A stretch of 64,000 bases of DNA from NCBI GenBank assembly GCA_965277055.1, contig OZ255703.1:1181695-1245694 (forward strand). Reading direction: 5' to 3'. The first letter of the stretch is position 1. Each line of letters starts with the position of its first letter. The notes under the pieces are model-generated. The model had not been told where the DNA came from. It made no database searches and saw nothing but the letters and a program-made list of their open reading frames with translations. The stretch is from Gammaproteobacteria bacterium (GTDB taxonomy: Bacteria > Pseudomonadota > Gammaproteobacteria > PS1 > Pseudothioglobaceae). The position numbers and the translations under genes are program-made. This document shows positions 10,406 to 19,231 of this stretch, piece by piece.

Positions 10406-11644
10406 ATGGATAAAAAATCATTTAATTTACATCTAACAGAATTCAGCAAAAACCGTTTAAGTTGTCATGATCCTAAGAATAATACGACAACTCATCCTAC
10501 AAAGTTTGTAGTTGCACTCAGTGGTGGGGTGGACTCTGTAGTGTTATTGCATTATCTCGCTACACATTTTGCTACCGAGTTTGTACGTGCTGTTCATGTA
10601 AATCATCGTTTTAGTCCTCATGCTCATGAGTGGCAAGTGTTTTGTGAACAATACGCTACTGCACTAGGAATTGACTTCACGGTACTTCATGTAAATATAC
10701 CTACCGAACATAATATTGAAGCCACTGCCCGGGAACTACGCTATGAGGCGTTATATGCTCAACTACACTCAGAAGAAATGCTAGTTACTGCCCACCACCA
10801 ACACGACCAAGCAGAAACAGTACTTCTGCATGCATGTAGAGGCAGTACTGCGTTAGGTTTAAGTGCAATGACAGAATATGCTGATAGATTGTGGCGACCA
10901 TTTTTGCACACTACTAAATCATGGATTAGGCAATATGCTGTGAAGCATGAGTTACAGCATATAGAAGATGAAAGCAATGCGAATACGTATTTTCGCCGTA
11001 ACTTTATGCGTCATACTATTATCCCTGCTTTAGAAGAAAAATACCCGAGTGTAGTAGAATCTCTGGCAAAGGTGGCATCTCATCAGCAAACCGCCAGAAG
11101 ATTATTAGATGATTTAGCTAAGTTGGATATAAAGCAGTATCAGATTATGAGTGAGCAACGATTACTATGTAATGCTTTAATCAAATTAAGTAAAGAACGT
11201 GCTTTAAATGTCATCTATTGGTATTTGCGAGAGCAGAATATTCCTTTGCCACATTCGGGTATTGGTGAGCAACTCTATGCTTCGTTATTTGCCAAAGCTG
11301 ATGCCACACCACATATCACTTGGTCAAAAGTGCATTGGCGGATATTTCAGGCACAAGTATATGTAGAAACCCATGACACGCCCATACGAGAATGCGAGTG
11401 GTATGATGCTTTAAAAGATATTGCTGGGTTTAATATTACATACCGAACTAAGGGTCAGCGCATTCGTTTTGCTCATAAAGCGCATTCTGAAGAATTAACT
11501 GAAGTGATGCGAGTACATCAGATTCCACAGTGGAAGCGTGATACTACTCGGCTATACCACATTAATGAAGAGTTAGTAGCGATAGAATATATTGGAGTGG
11601 TGAACCAAGAATATTTTGCTCAGCTTACTACAAATAATGCTTAA
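10406..11644 (+). CDS. tilS: tRNA(Ile)-lysidine synthase
   Basis: 412 aa; PP-loop ALSGGVDSVVLLH, HVNHRF, TAHHQHDQAET. Confidence 0.85.
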   Translation: MDKKSFNLHLTEFSKNRLSCHDPKNNTTTHPTKFVVALSGGVDSVVLLHYLATHFATEFVRAVHVNHRFSPHAHEWQVFCEQYATALGIDFTVLHVNIPTEHNIEATARELRYEALYAQLHSEEMLVTAHHQHDQAETVLLHACRGSTALGLSAMTEYADRLWRPFLHTTKSWIRQYAVKHELQHIEDESNANTYFRRNFMRHTIIPALEEKYPSVVESLAKVASHQQTARRLLDDLAKLDIKQYQIMSEQRLLCNALIKLSKERALNVIYWYLREQNIPLPHSGIGEQLYASLFAKADATPHITWSKVHWRIFQAQVYVETHDTPIRECEWYDALKDIAGFNITYRTKGQRIRFAHKAHSEELTEVMRVHQIPQWKRDTTRLYHINEELVAIEYIGVVNQEYFAQLTTNNA

Positions 11645-12305
11645 TTTCTGCCATTGAATCTAGCACTGCATCAGGGTGTGCATCTGTAATATCTTGCCCA
11701 TGGTTATAGCCATAACTCATACAAATAATGTTAAAACCCGCAGCACGTGATGCTTTTACATCAGAGATAGAATCACCAAGCATGAGGCATTCATTCGGCT
11801 GCACTTGAAAAAAATTTGCTGCATATAATAATGGCATAGGGTCAGGTTTTTTTCTTTCAAGGTCATCACCGCAAATGATGAGCTCAAAACGATCAAATAA
11901 ACCTAAATTTTTAAGCAGTGGGTGGGTAAATGCCCGTGCTTTATTAGTTACGCACCCAATGGTGTATTGTTTATTATCCAGATAATCTAGTGCTTCTGCT
12001 ACACCATCGTATATTACAGATTTACGAGAGACATTTTCTTTATAGATTTCTAGAAATAATGGATACGCCTCATCATATTCTACTTGGTTCACCATACCTT
12101 CTAACTCACCAGTAAGCATTCGCTCTACTAATTTTGGTACGCCATTGCCTACCCAATTACGTACATGTTCTTCACCCCATGGCTGTTTACCGAGTGCAAT
12201 CATAGTAGCATCAACTGAAAAGGTTAAATCAGGCACACTATCGACTAAGGTCCCATCGACATCAATCATAATAAGTTTGGGCTGGAGTGAGAGTTCTGAA
12301 TGCAT
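11628..12305 (-). CDS. gph: phosphoglycolate phosphatase
   Basis: 225 aa HAD-IA; IMIDVDGTLVDSVPDL, TNK, GDSISD motifs; length and pattern as Gph. Confidence 0.8.
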   Translation of the reverse strand: MHSELSLQPKLIMIDVDGTLVDSVPDLTFSVDATMIALGKQPWGEEHVRNWVGNGVPKLVERMLTGELEGMVNQVEYDEAYPLFLEIYKENVSRKSVIYDGVAEALDYLDNKQYTIGCVTNKARAFTHPLLKNLGLFDRFELIICGDDLERKKPDPMPLLYAANFFQVQPNECLMLGDSISDVKASRAAGFNIICMSYGYNHGQDITDAHPDAVLDSMAEIKHYL

Positions 12306-12455
12306 TATTGTTTTGCAAAAAAAGGAATAGCAATATTTTGCCCTAAAACAAGTAAGGTAAATTAGCTAACGATGGTAATATAGTTTGGCATGCAATACCA
12401 TCAACAGATAACTATATAAATAATGTGTGCGTCGGGGAATTGCGTTATCAGAAGT

Positions 12456-12554
12456 AGTGGTGATTACTGGGGCGTATAACCCTCTATAGTAGATACGCCG
12501 TTAAACAATCTTATGGGTTATAGAGACCAAGATTGCCAGAGCATGTAATCACCA
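12456..12554. ncRNA. candidate structured RNA element (three-way junction); strand and function unknown
   Basis: Nested perfect complementarities. P1 is 12456-12466 with 12544-12554 (11 bp), extended by 12467-12469 with 12535-12537. P2 is 12470-12476 with 12492-12498 (7 bp). P3 is 12506-12511 with 12528-12533 (6 bp). The P2 loop ctctata is complementary to the P3 loop tatagag. Confidence 0.25.
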
Positions 12555-12621
12555 CATAATTAATATTTTACAGATTATCTAATATTTAGCAAATAATGAG
12601 TTAATTCGTACTGGTTACTCT

Positions 12622-12679
12622 ATTACACTATGTGTAATTACTCATCCCACTAAATCCCATTATTACCCACTAAATCCCA
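12622..12679 (+). promoter_or_regulatory. possible operator cluster upstream of proC: 7-3-7 palindrome plus two 14-bp direct repeats
   Basis: Palindrome attacac-tat-gtgtaat (12622-12638). cccactaaatccca occurs at 12646-12659 and again at 12666-12679, exactly 20 bp apart. Confidence 0.3.
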
Positions 12680-12770
12680 CTACGTATCTTAATTTTCCTT
12701 ATATGTATCTTGCCCTTTTACAGTAAGAAGACTACAGTATAATCTTTGTAATCAATATTTATATATACAA

Positions 12771-13556
12771 ATGAAGATAGGATTTATCGGCTGCGGGAAT
12801 ATGACGCGCAGTATTGTTGCTGGTATGTTAGCACAGGAATTTAACGCCCGAGATATATTGGTGCATGATCTTTCTAAAGAAGCGATGAATGGCTTAAATG
12901 AGCAGCATGGGGTGAGTCCTGCATCACTTGCTACCTTGGCCGCCACCTGTGAGATTATTATTTTGGCAGTTAAGCCACAGCATATTACCCAGCTTAGTAC
13001 CCAACTTATTAGTCATATATCAGCTAATAGTACCATAGTATCTATTCTTGCCGGAGTTACTACTGATACTATTCATTCTCTTTTAGGGATTACCCAGAGC
13101 ATTAGAGTAATGCCAAATACGCCTGCAATGATTGGTAAATCTGCTTCAGCATTATTTGCTACTGCAGAGCAACACCCTGTTGTGGAGCAAATATTTCAGA
13201 GCATTGGCTATGCTACTTGGGTAGAAAAAGAAAGTGATATTGATATTGTTACTGCCTTGTCTGGTAGTGGACCTGCATACTTTTTTAGCTTTTTTGAAGC
13301 GATGATTGCCACCGCTACCAATATGGGACTTGATAGACATACTGCTACTCAGTTATGCTTACATACTGCTATTGGTGCTGGTGAACTAGCATTAGCTACA
13401 AGTGAAGACTTAGCTACACTGCGTGAAAATGTGACCTCAAAAGGAGGCACTACTGAGGCAGCACTCCAGTCTTTTACTCACGATGAAATGGGGCTTATTA
13501 TTGAGCAAGCAATGCAAAGTGCCTATAAAAGAGCACTAGAACTCAGTGCAAAATAA
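12771..13556 (+). CDS. proC: pyrroline-5-carboxylate reductase
   Basis: 261 aa; IGFIGCGNM Rossmann start, VRVMPNTPA, SKGGTTEAAL motifs. Confidence 0.9.
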   Translation: MKIGFIGCGNMTRSIVAGMLAQEFNARDILVHDLSKEAMNGLNEQHGVSPASLATLAATCEIIILAVKPQHITQLSTQLISHISANSTIVSILAGVTTDTIHSLLGITQSIRVMPNTPAMIGKSASALFATAEQHPVVEQIFQSIGYATWVEKESDIDIVTALSGSGPAYFFSFFEAMIATATNMGLDRHTATQLCLHTAIGAGELALATSEDLATLRENVTSKGGTTEAALQSFTHDEMGLIIEQAMQSAYKRALELSAK

Positions 13557-13558
13557 CC

Positions 13559-13927
13559 ATGGAAGTAACCATAGTACCCTCACGTATTTTTATCATTGGT
13601 GTATTGGTGATACTTCTTTGTATTATCCTCACAAGTGTTTCACTCTATGAGGTTGAAATTGCTACTATAGTAAGTAGTATTAGTGCAATATATGGTGGGT
13701 ATTTGATATACTCTCAGTCTCAGGAAACATTAGTTATTCGTAATGAGAGTGCAGTGCTTAATAGTACCTCTATTATCAACCTTAAGTGTAGAAGTGTAGC
13801 TGGACTCTACCTGATTATGCAGTACCAAGATGCTCACGTGCCCCATAAGAATCACAGTAAAGTACTCTTTTTTGATAGCATTCGCGGGGCAACTGTAGCT
13901 GAATTATTACGCAGTCAGTATGTTTGA
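13559..13927 (+). CDS. small two-helix inner-membrane protein, possibly YgfX/CptA-like (DUF1434)
   Basis: 122 aa. Two N-terminal hydrophobic helices are preceded by VPSR. The C-terminal LFFDSIRGATVAELLRSQ resembles the AADSMDEAEWRDLRR end of E. coli YgfX as recalled from memory. Family call is tentative. Confidence 0.5.
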   Translation: MEVTIVPSRIFIIGVLVILLCIILTSVSLYEVEIATIVSSISAIYGGYLIYSQSQETLVIRNESAVLNSTSIINLKCRSVAGLYLIMQYQDAHVPHKNHSKVLFFDSIRGATVAELLRSQYV

Positions 13928-14942
13928 ATTAGAACAGCAAGATGAGTTTAAGCTCAATATCTTACTCAAAACCACTCAAGCTATTCGCATTGATACCTAT
14001 AAGTTAGAAGTGGTAGGGCTTGGGCATGATATGAGTGAAAAAATTGTAAAACTCAACCCCGTAGTAGATAGTGCGCAATATATTAAAGATGTGCAACAAT
14101 TTCTCACAGAAAAAGTATTAGGCTCTATGGGTGGGTACCCTGCATACTTACAGCGCTGGTCGAAAATGGGTCAAGTAGATAGTAGTAACTTACGTAACTT
14201 GCTTAAAATTGGCAGTATCGGGGCAACAATTGCGGTGGCAAACTCTAAGTATTTAACAAATGAATTATTACCACTGGTGTGGTGGTGTGCTACTAACACT
14301 GATGAACAAGCGGAAGTAGGGCGTTATTTACTCTCAAGGAATGATTTTTTAGCTCATGATATTTCTAAGCATATTGCCCAGTATTTACTAGAGTTTTTAC
14401 CTTTTAGTGAGCATCCACTAGACCAATTAGTAACTACGAGTTTAATTTTGCAAAGTGAGTTGATTGACTCAGAAAAGAAGCAAAAACTCTGGAAAATGGG
14501 TGGACGAAAAAACTACATTTTAGTGTCTTTTTTAGAAAGGCAAAAAGGTAAGTTATTTGATGATGGTTTGCCATATCAAGAATATGATGAGTTAGAGTTG
14601 AGTGTTGCCAGTGGACAACAAAACCAGCTCTTTATCCGTACATGTATGCAAGTGCTAAAAAAAATTAACGAAGAGCATACGCTGTATAAACTTCTTGAAG
14701 TAATTCATGAGCATTTTCAGCATCCTGATATTCTGCGTAGTCATACGATAGAGGATATTGAGCTACAGTTGGGGCAATATAAAAATCCAAAGCTACGTGC
14801 TCGGTATTTTTTAGCAGGAGTCACAGAGTCACTGGTCATTAGTGAGATTTCAGCTCATAGTTTATCTGGTTCGACTATTCGTAAAAAACTTGCATATATT
14901 TTAGAACCTATTAGTACCGCACTTATTACTCTCACAAAATAG
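13920..14942 (+). CDS. hypothetical protein (340 aa), overlaps preceding gene by 8 nt
   Basis: Long uninterrupted ORF with a codon pattern like its neighbours; no family recognised. Confidence 0.6.
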   Translation: MFELEQQDEFKLNILLKTTQAIRIDTYKLEVVGLGHDMSEKIVKLNPVVDSAQYIKDVQQFLTEKVLGSMGGYPAYLQRWSKMGQVDSSNLRNLLKIGSIGATIAVANSKYLTNELLPLVWWCATNTDEQAEVGRYLLSRNDFLAHDISKHIAQYLLEFLPFSEHPLDQLVTTSLILQSELIDSEKKQKLWKMGGRKNYILVSFLERQKGKLFDDGLPYQEYDELELSVASGQQNQLFIRTCMQVLKKINEEHTLYKLLEVIHEHFQHPDILRSHTIEDIELQLGQYKNPKLRARYFLAGVTESLVISEISAHSLSGSTIRKKLAYILEPISTALITLTK

Positions 14943-15815
14943 TTACTTCAGAGGGTGGTGGAGTGAGTGCTCTTTTTTGAGAGTAATATTTTGTATTTGA
15001 GTATAAATTTGAGTAGTAGAGATATCACTATGCCCAAGCATAAGTTGCACACTTCTAAGGTCAGCACCATTTTGCACCAAATGCGTGGCAAAGGCATGAC
15101 GTAAGCTATGAGGAGAAATAGGTTTGCTAATCCCTGCGAGCGCAACATAGTTTTTAATAATATAAAAAAAGTTTTGGCGTGACATGCTACTTCCTCGTTT
15201 TGAGACAAAAAAACTATCTTCATTGCTATTTACCAGTATGGGGCGTACTTCACTCAGGTATGCACTGATTAAGTCCATAGCTGGTTCACTCATAGGCATT
15301 ACACGTTGTTTACTTCCTTTGCCAGTAATGAGTAAAAATCCTTCTGAAAGTTTAATATCAAAGTGATTGAGTGAGATAATTTCACTCACCCGTAACCCAC
15401 AGGAGTACATGAGTTCTATCATTGCCCTATCTCGTTTACCAAGCAGAGTGGTGGTATCAATACTTTCGAGTAAGGCATCTACTTCATCTACACTCAGAAG
15501 AGAAGGGAGTTTTTTCTCAAGTTTAGCAAGCGTAATATGCTGCATTGGTGAGATGGTAATAATGTTCTCTGCCAGCATATATTTATAAAAATTTCTTAAG
15601 GTGGAAATCAGTCGGTTATTACTCCTACTACTCACCTCTCTGGACTCAATATATTTTATGACATCCTCCTTGGTAACTGTAGTTAAGTCCTTATTAATAT
15701 AAGTACTAAACCGGGTGAGGTCATTTCTATAGGCGCTTAGTGTGTGTTGACTAGGAGATTTTTTCAGCCACAGGTTGTCTAAAAATTCAGAAATAAGTTC
15801 AGCATTCATAAGCAT
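14943..15815 (-). CDS. xerD: site-specific tyrosine recombinase XerD
   Basis: 290 aa; FLDNLWLKK N-terminus like XerD, RHAFATHL and LGHSDISTTQIYT catalytic motifs. Confidence 0.8.
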   Translation of the reverse strand: MLMNAELISEFLDNLWLKKSPSQHTLSAYRNDLTRFSTYINKDLTTVTKEDVIKYIESREVSSRSNNRLISTLRNFYKYMLAENIITISPMQHITLAKLEKKLPSLLSVDEVDALLESIDTTTLLGKRDRAMIELMYSCGLRVSEIISLNHFDIKLSEGFLLITGKGSKQRVMPMSEPAMDLISAYLSEVRPILVNSNEDSFFVSKRGSSMSRQNFFYIIKNYVALAGISKPISPHSLRHAFATHLVQNGADLRSVQLMLGHSDISTTQIYTQIQNITLKKEHSLHHPLK

Positions 15816-15901
15816 ATATTATACAAAAAGTTAAATGTATAGATTTGCTTAAATACTTGGGCTATAATTTATAGATTATGTATTTAGGAAGGAATAATTG
15901 T

Positions 15902-16906
15902 ATGAAGTGTTTAGTCGGAATTATTTGCGTACTACTGACAAGTGTTAGTTTTGCAGGTAGTAACTTTAGTTTTATCGCTCTTGGTGATACTGCATATAAA
16001 AATGAAGATTATCCAAAGTATCATTCTTTAATTGATACTATAAACTCAATTAATCCCGCATTTACTATTCATGTTGGTGATACTATGGGGTATCCTCAGT
16101 TATGTAGCGATGAACACTATTCAAAAATTACTAATGCTTTTCATAGATTTCGGCATCCATTAATATATACCCCTGGTGATAATGAATGGACTGATTGTTA
16201 TAATGATTCTATTTCATCTGATACCGAACCTGATAAATACGCTGATTATATTCTTGGGCGTTTGACAGCAATACGAAATTTGTATTTTTCAAATGGTAAT
16301 AGTCTTGGTAAACACCCAATAGCATTAATTAGGCAAAGCGATATAGATAAAAAATTTAGTACCTTTTCTGAAAATAGTTATTGGATACATAATAACGTAT
16401 TATTTGCTACTATGCATATTGTTGGAAGTAATGATAATTTTCATCCTCACATTAAGCAATTAACTCTTGAGTCGATTCAACGTAGACACGCAGGGTTTCA
16501 TTGGGCGATGCACTTACTAAAAGTCGCTAAAAAAGAAAAGGTTAAGGCATTAGTAATTGCAGGACATGCAAATTTATTTGGGTCTGAAAAAGCAACTGGA
16601 AAGGTAGCACAATATTCTGGAAAACGTGTGCGTGGAGGTGAGCATGGACCTTATGGAGGATACGTATATGCACTGGCATCCTTAACATATAATTTAGAAA
16701 TACCTGTTTTATATATACATGGAGATAGTCATGAGTTTGTTATCGACCGCCCTTTATTAAAGAGTAGTAATCATGAGTATTCAACTTTGCAACTTACTAA
16801 TTTTACTCGGGTGCAAGTACCAGCCCACCCAGAAAATAAAGCAGTAAAAATTTCTATTGACCTTAATAACTCATACCCTTTTAATTTCACAATTATTGGT
16901 GATTAA
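15902..16906 (+). CDS. secreted calcineurin-like metallophosphoesterase
   Basis: Signal peptide MKCLVGIICVLLTSVSFAG; GD (IALGDTAY), HVGD and GDNEW motifs. The ATG at 15902 has AGGAAGGA upstream; the track ORF starts at 15878. Confidence 0.65.
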   Translation: MKCLVGIICVLLTSVSFAGSNFSFIALGDTAYKNEDYPKYHSLIDTINSINPAFTIHVGDTMGYPQLCSDEHYSKITNAFHRFRHPLIYTPGDNEWTDCYNDSISSDTEPDKYADYILGRLTAIRNLYFSNGNSLGKHPIALIRQSDIDKKFSTFSENSYWIHNNVLFATMHIVGSNDNFHPHIKQLTLESIQRRHAGFHWAMHLLKVAKKEKVKALVIAGHANLFGSEKATGKVAQYSGKRVRGGEHGPYGGYVYALASLTYNLEIPVLYIHGDSHEFVIDRPLLKSSNHEYSTLQLTNFTRVQVPAHPENKAVKISIDLNNSYPFNFTIIGD

Positions 16907-16913
16907 TTCTTTA

Positions 16914-16950
16914 TTAAAAAAATGCCCGCTTCATGCGGGCATTTTTTTTG
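16914..16950. terminator. bidirectional rho-independent terminator
   Basis: aatgcccgc / gcgggcatt 9-bp stem (16921-16929 / 16935-16943) flanked by an A-run and a T-run, between convergent genes. Confidence 0.8.
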
Positions 16951-16962
16951 ACAAGAAAAAAC

Positions 16963-17310
16963 TTATTTTTTGATAATTTTTTCTTTAATACGAGCAGCTT
17001 TACCAGTGAGTCCACGTAAGTAATAGAGCTTAGATTGGTGCACTTTACCACGACGTTTTACCGTGATGCTATCAATCATATTTGAATGTGTTTGGAATAC
17101 TCTTTCCACACCTTCACCATAAGAAATCTTACGCACAGTAAATGCAGAGCCAATACCGCGATTTTTTTTCGCAATCACTACACCTTCAAATGCTTGCAGT
17201 CTTTCGCGGTTTCCTTCTACGACTTTTACTTGTACAGTTACAGTATCACCCGCACCAAACTCAGGGATGTCTTTTAATTGTGCTTGTTCAATTTTATCAA
17301 TCGCGTTCAT
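16963..17310 (-). CDS. rplS: 50S ribosomal protein L19
   Basis: 115 aa; [35 protein letters not shown] is the canonical L19 core. Confidence 0.95.
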   Translation of the reverse strand: MNAIDKIEQAQLKDIPEFGAGDTVTVQVKVVEGNRERLQAFEGVVIAKKNRGIGSAFTVRKISYGEGVERVFQTHSNMIDSITVKRRGKVHQSKLYYLRGLTGKAARIKEKIIKK

Positions 17311-17526
17311 GAGTATCCTTTACTAAAATCACATGTATGTCACATTATGTGAGATGTGTCAAATTCGTTATAATTGAAAAAGTTATCTCTTTAGTATTTT
17401 GTTCTAAAACGCATACCTTTAGAATACACTCTCTGTGAATCCAGATAAACTCTTACAAAAAAACGTGCAATTATACCGTTATTTTTGTATAATTACAATC
17501 TTAACGTATATTTAATTTTAGGTAAT

Positions 17527-18939
17527 ATGGGCAGTGTTGTAGGCTTTAAAGAAATAGACAGAAAACCCGAAGACTATAAAGATGTAGCTTTGCGTATTGA
17601 GGATTATAGTGAAATCACTATTAGCACTCATGACCAAGCACACCTGACTTCTCAAGGGGCAAGATGCATGGATTGTGGTGTGCCATTTTGTCAGTCTGAT
17701 AACGGCTGTCCTATTAATAATCTCATTCCTGAGTTTAATGATCTCATCTATAAAAATCGGTGGGAAGATGCCTATTATCGCCTCATCAAGACCAATAACT
17801 TCCCAGAATTTACCGGTAGAGTTTGCCCTGCACCGTGTGAAGGAAGTTGTGTATTAGGCATGAATGCACCTGCGGTTACGATTAAAAATATTGAACAAGC
17901 AATTATTGATGAAGCATTTAATAGCGGTTTAGTGCAAGTGCGTAAAGTAACACAGAGAACGGCAAAGTCTGTGGCAATTGTTGGTTCGGGCCCTGCGGGA
18001 CTTGCGGCGGCTGATGAGTTAAATCAAATGGGGCATAATGTCACTGTATATGAGCGTGCAGATAAAATTGGTGGCCTGCTTATGTACGGTATTCCAAACA
18101 TGAAGCTTGATAAAGGCATTGTTGATAGACGAGTTGATTTATTACGTGAAGAAGGCATTAGTTTTGTGACTAATACTAATATCGGTACGGATATTAGCTT
18201 AATAGACTTACAAGAAGAGTTTGATGCAGTACTACTTACCACTGGTGCGACCAATGCGCGTAACTTACCAGTAAAAGGTCGTGATAGCGCTGGTATTCAC
18301 TTAGCAATGGAATATCTCACAGATGCGACTAAATCATTACTCACTGATACTCAAGTAGAAATTACAGCACAAGATAAGCATGTAATCGTTATTGGTGGTG
18401 GTGATACGGGTACTGACTGTATAGCTACAGCAACGCGTCAAGGAGCAAAAAGCATTACTAACTTTGAACTCATGAGCAAGCCTCCAGTAGAGCGTGGTGA
18501 TAACAACCCATGGCCACTATGGCCACATATCTACCGTGTAGATTATGGACATGCGGAAGCTACTTATAAATATGGCAGTGACCCAAGAGAATATAGCGTC
18601 ATGACCAAAGAGTTTATTACCGACGGTACAAAGGTTACAGGTATTCAGACAGTGCAAGTAGAATTTACTGATGGTAAGCTAATAGAACTACCAAATACTG
18701 AACAAGTATGGAATGCTGATTTAGTATTACTCTCTATGGGTTTTATTTCTCCAGAAGTCATTGATGATCGTGTTTTGCTCGATGCACGTGGGAACTATCA
18801 AGCAACCTATGGTGAATATATTACTAACCTAGAAAATGTCTTTACCGCAGGAGATTGCAGAAGAGGGCAGTCATTAGTCGTATGGGCGATTAATGAGGGT
18901 CGTGAATCTGCAGCTCAAATCAATAAGTATCTTTCTTAA
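17527..18939 (+). CDS. gltD: glutamate synthase small-subunit family NAD(P)H oxidoreductase
   Basis: MGSVVGFKEIDR start. Cys clusters CMDCGVPFC and RVCPAPCEGSC, GSGPAGLAAA and GGGDTGTDC dinucleotide folds. The track ORF starts at 17485, but conserved sequence begins at 17527. Confidence 0.85.
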   Translation: MGSVVGFKEIDRKPEDYKDVALRIEDYSEITISTHDQAHLTSQGARCMDCGVPFCQSDNGCPINNLIPEFNDLIYKNRWEDAYYRLIKTNNFPEFTGRVCPAPCEGSCVLGMNAPAVTIKNIEQAIIDEAFNSGLVQVRKVTQRTAKSVAIVGSGPAGLAAADELNQMGHNVTVYERADKIGGLLMYGIPNMKLDKGIVDRRVDLLREEGISFVTNTNIGTDISLIDLQEEFDAVLLTTGATNARNLPVKGRDSAGIHLAMEYLTDATKSLLTDTQVEITAQDKHVIVIGGGDTGTDCIATATRQGAKSITNFELMSKPPVERGDNNPWPLWPHIYRVDYGHAEATYKYGSDPREYSVMTKEFITDGTKVTGIQTVQVEFTDGKLIELPNTEQVWNADLVLLSMGFISPEVIDDRVLLDARGNYQATYGEYITNLENVFTAGDCRRGQSLVVWAINEGRESAAQINKYLS

Positions 18940-19048
18940 TATATAGAGTTTTTTTACAATATCCTAATTGCAGAGCACTTTATAGTTGCTTTTTATTTAT
19001 AATTTATTTACAATGAAGCATTTATTAATAATCATACGAGGAGGTATT

Positions 19049-19231
19049 GTGAATCTATATCGTTATTTTCGCTTCTTAATAGGGCTATTCATTATTTCAT
19101 TATTTTTAGTTTCATGTGGCGGCGGAGGCAACCCTTCAAGTCCTAGTACGTTAAATATACCAAATGCAACGCTTAATATCCCTGCAAATACCCAAAATAT
19201 CCCTGCAAATACCGAAGAGGAGTCACTATGA
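19049..19231 (+). CDS. mini-lipoprotein (about 37-aa mature) with NIPANT repeats
   Basis: GTG start 6 nt after GAGGAGG; lipobox LVSC followed by GGGG; mature part GGGGNPSSPSTLNIPNATLNIPANTQNIPANTEEESL; ATGA overlap with the next gene. Confidence 0.5.
   Translation: MNLYRYFRFLIGLFIISLFLVSCGGGGNPSSPSTLNIPNATLNIPANTQNIPANTEEESL

Noticed and set aside
18986-19048. Upstream ATG extension of the mini-lipoprotein ORF
   Set aside because: It has no RBS and would add 21 residues ahead of the signal peptide. The GTG at 19049 has a GAGGAGG RBS.
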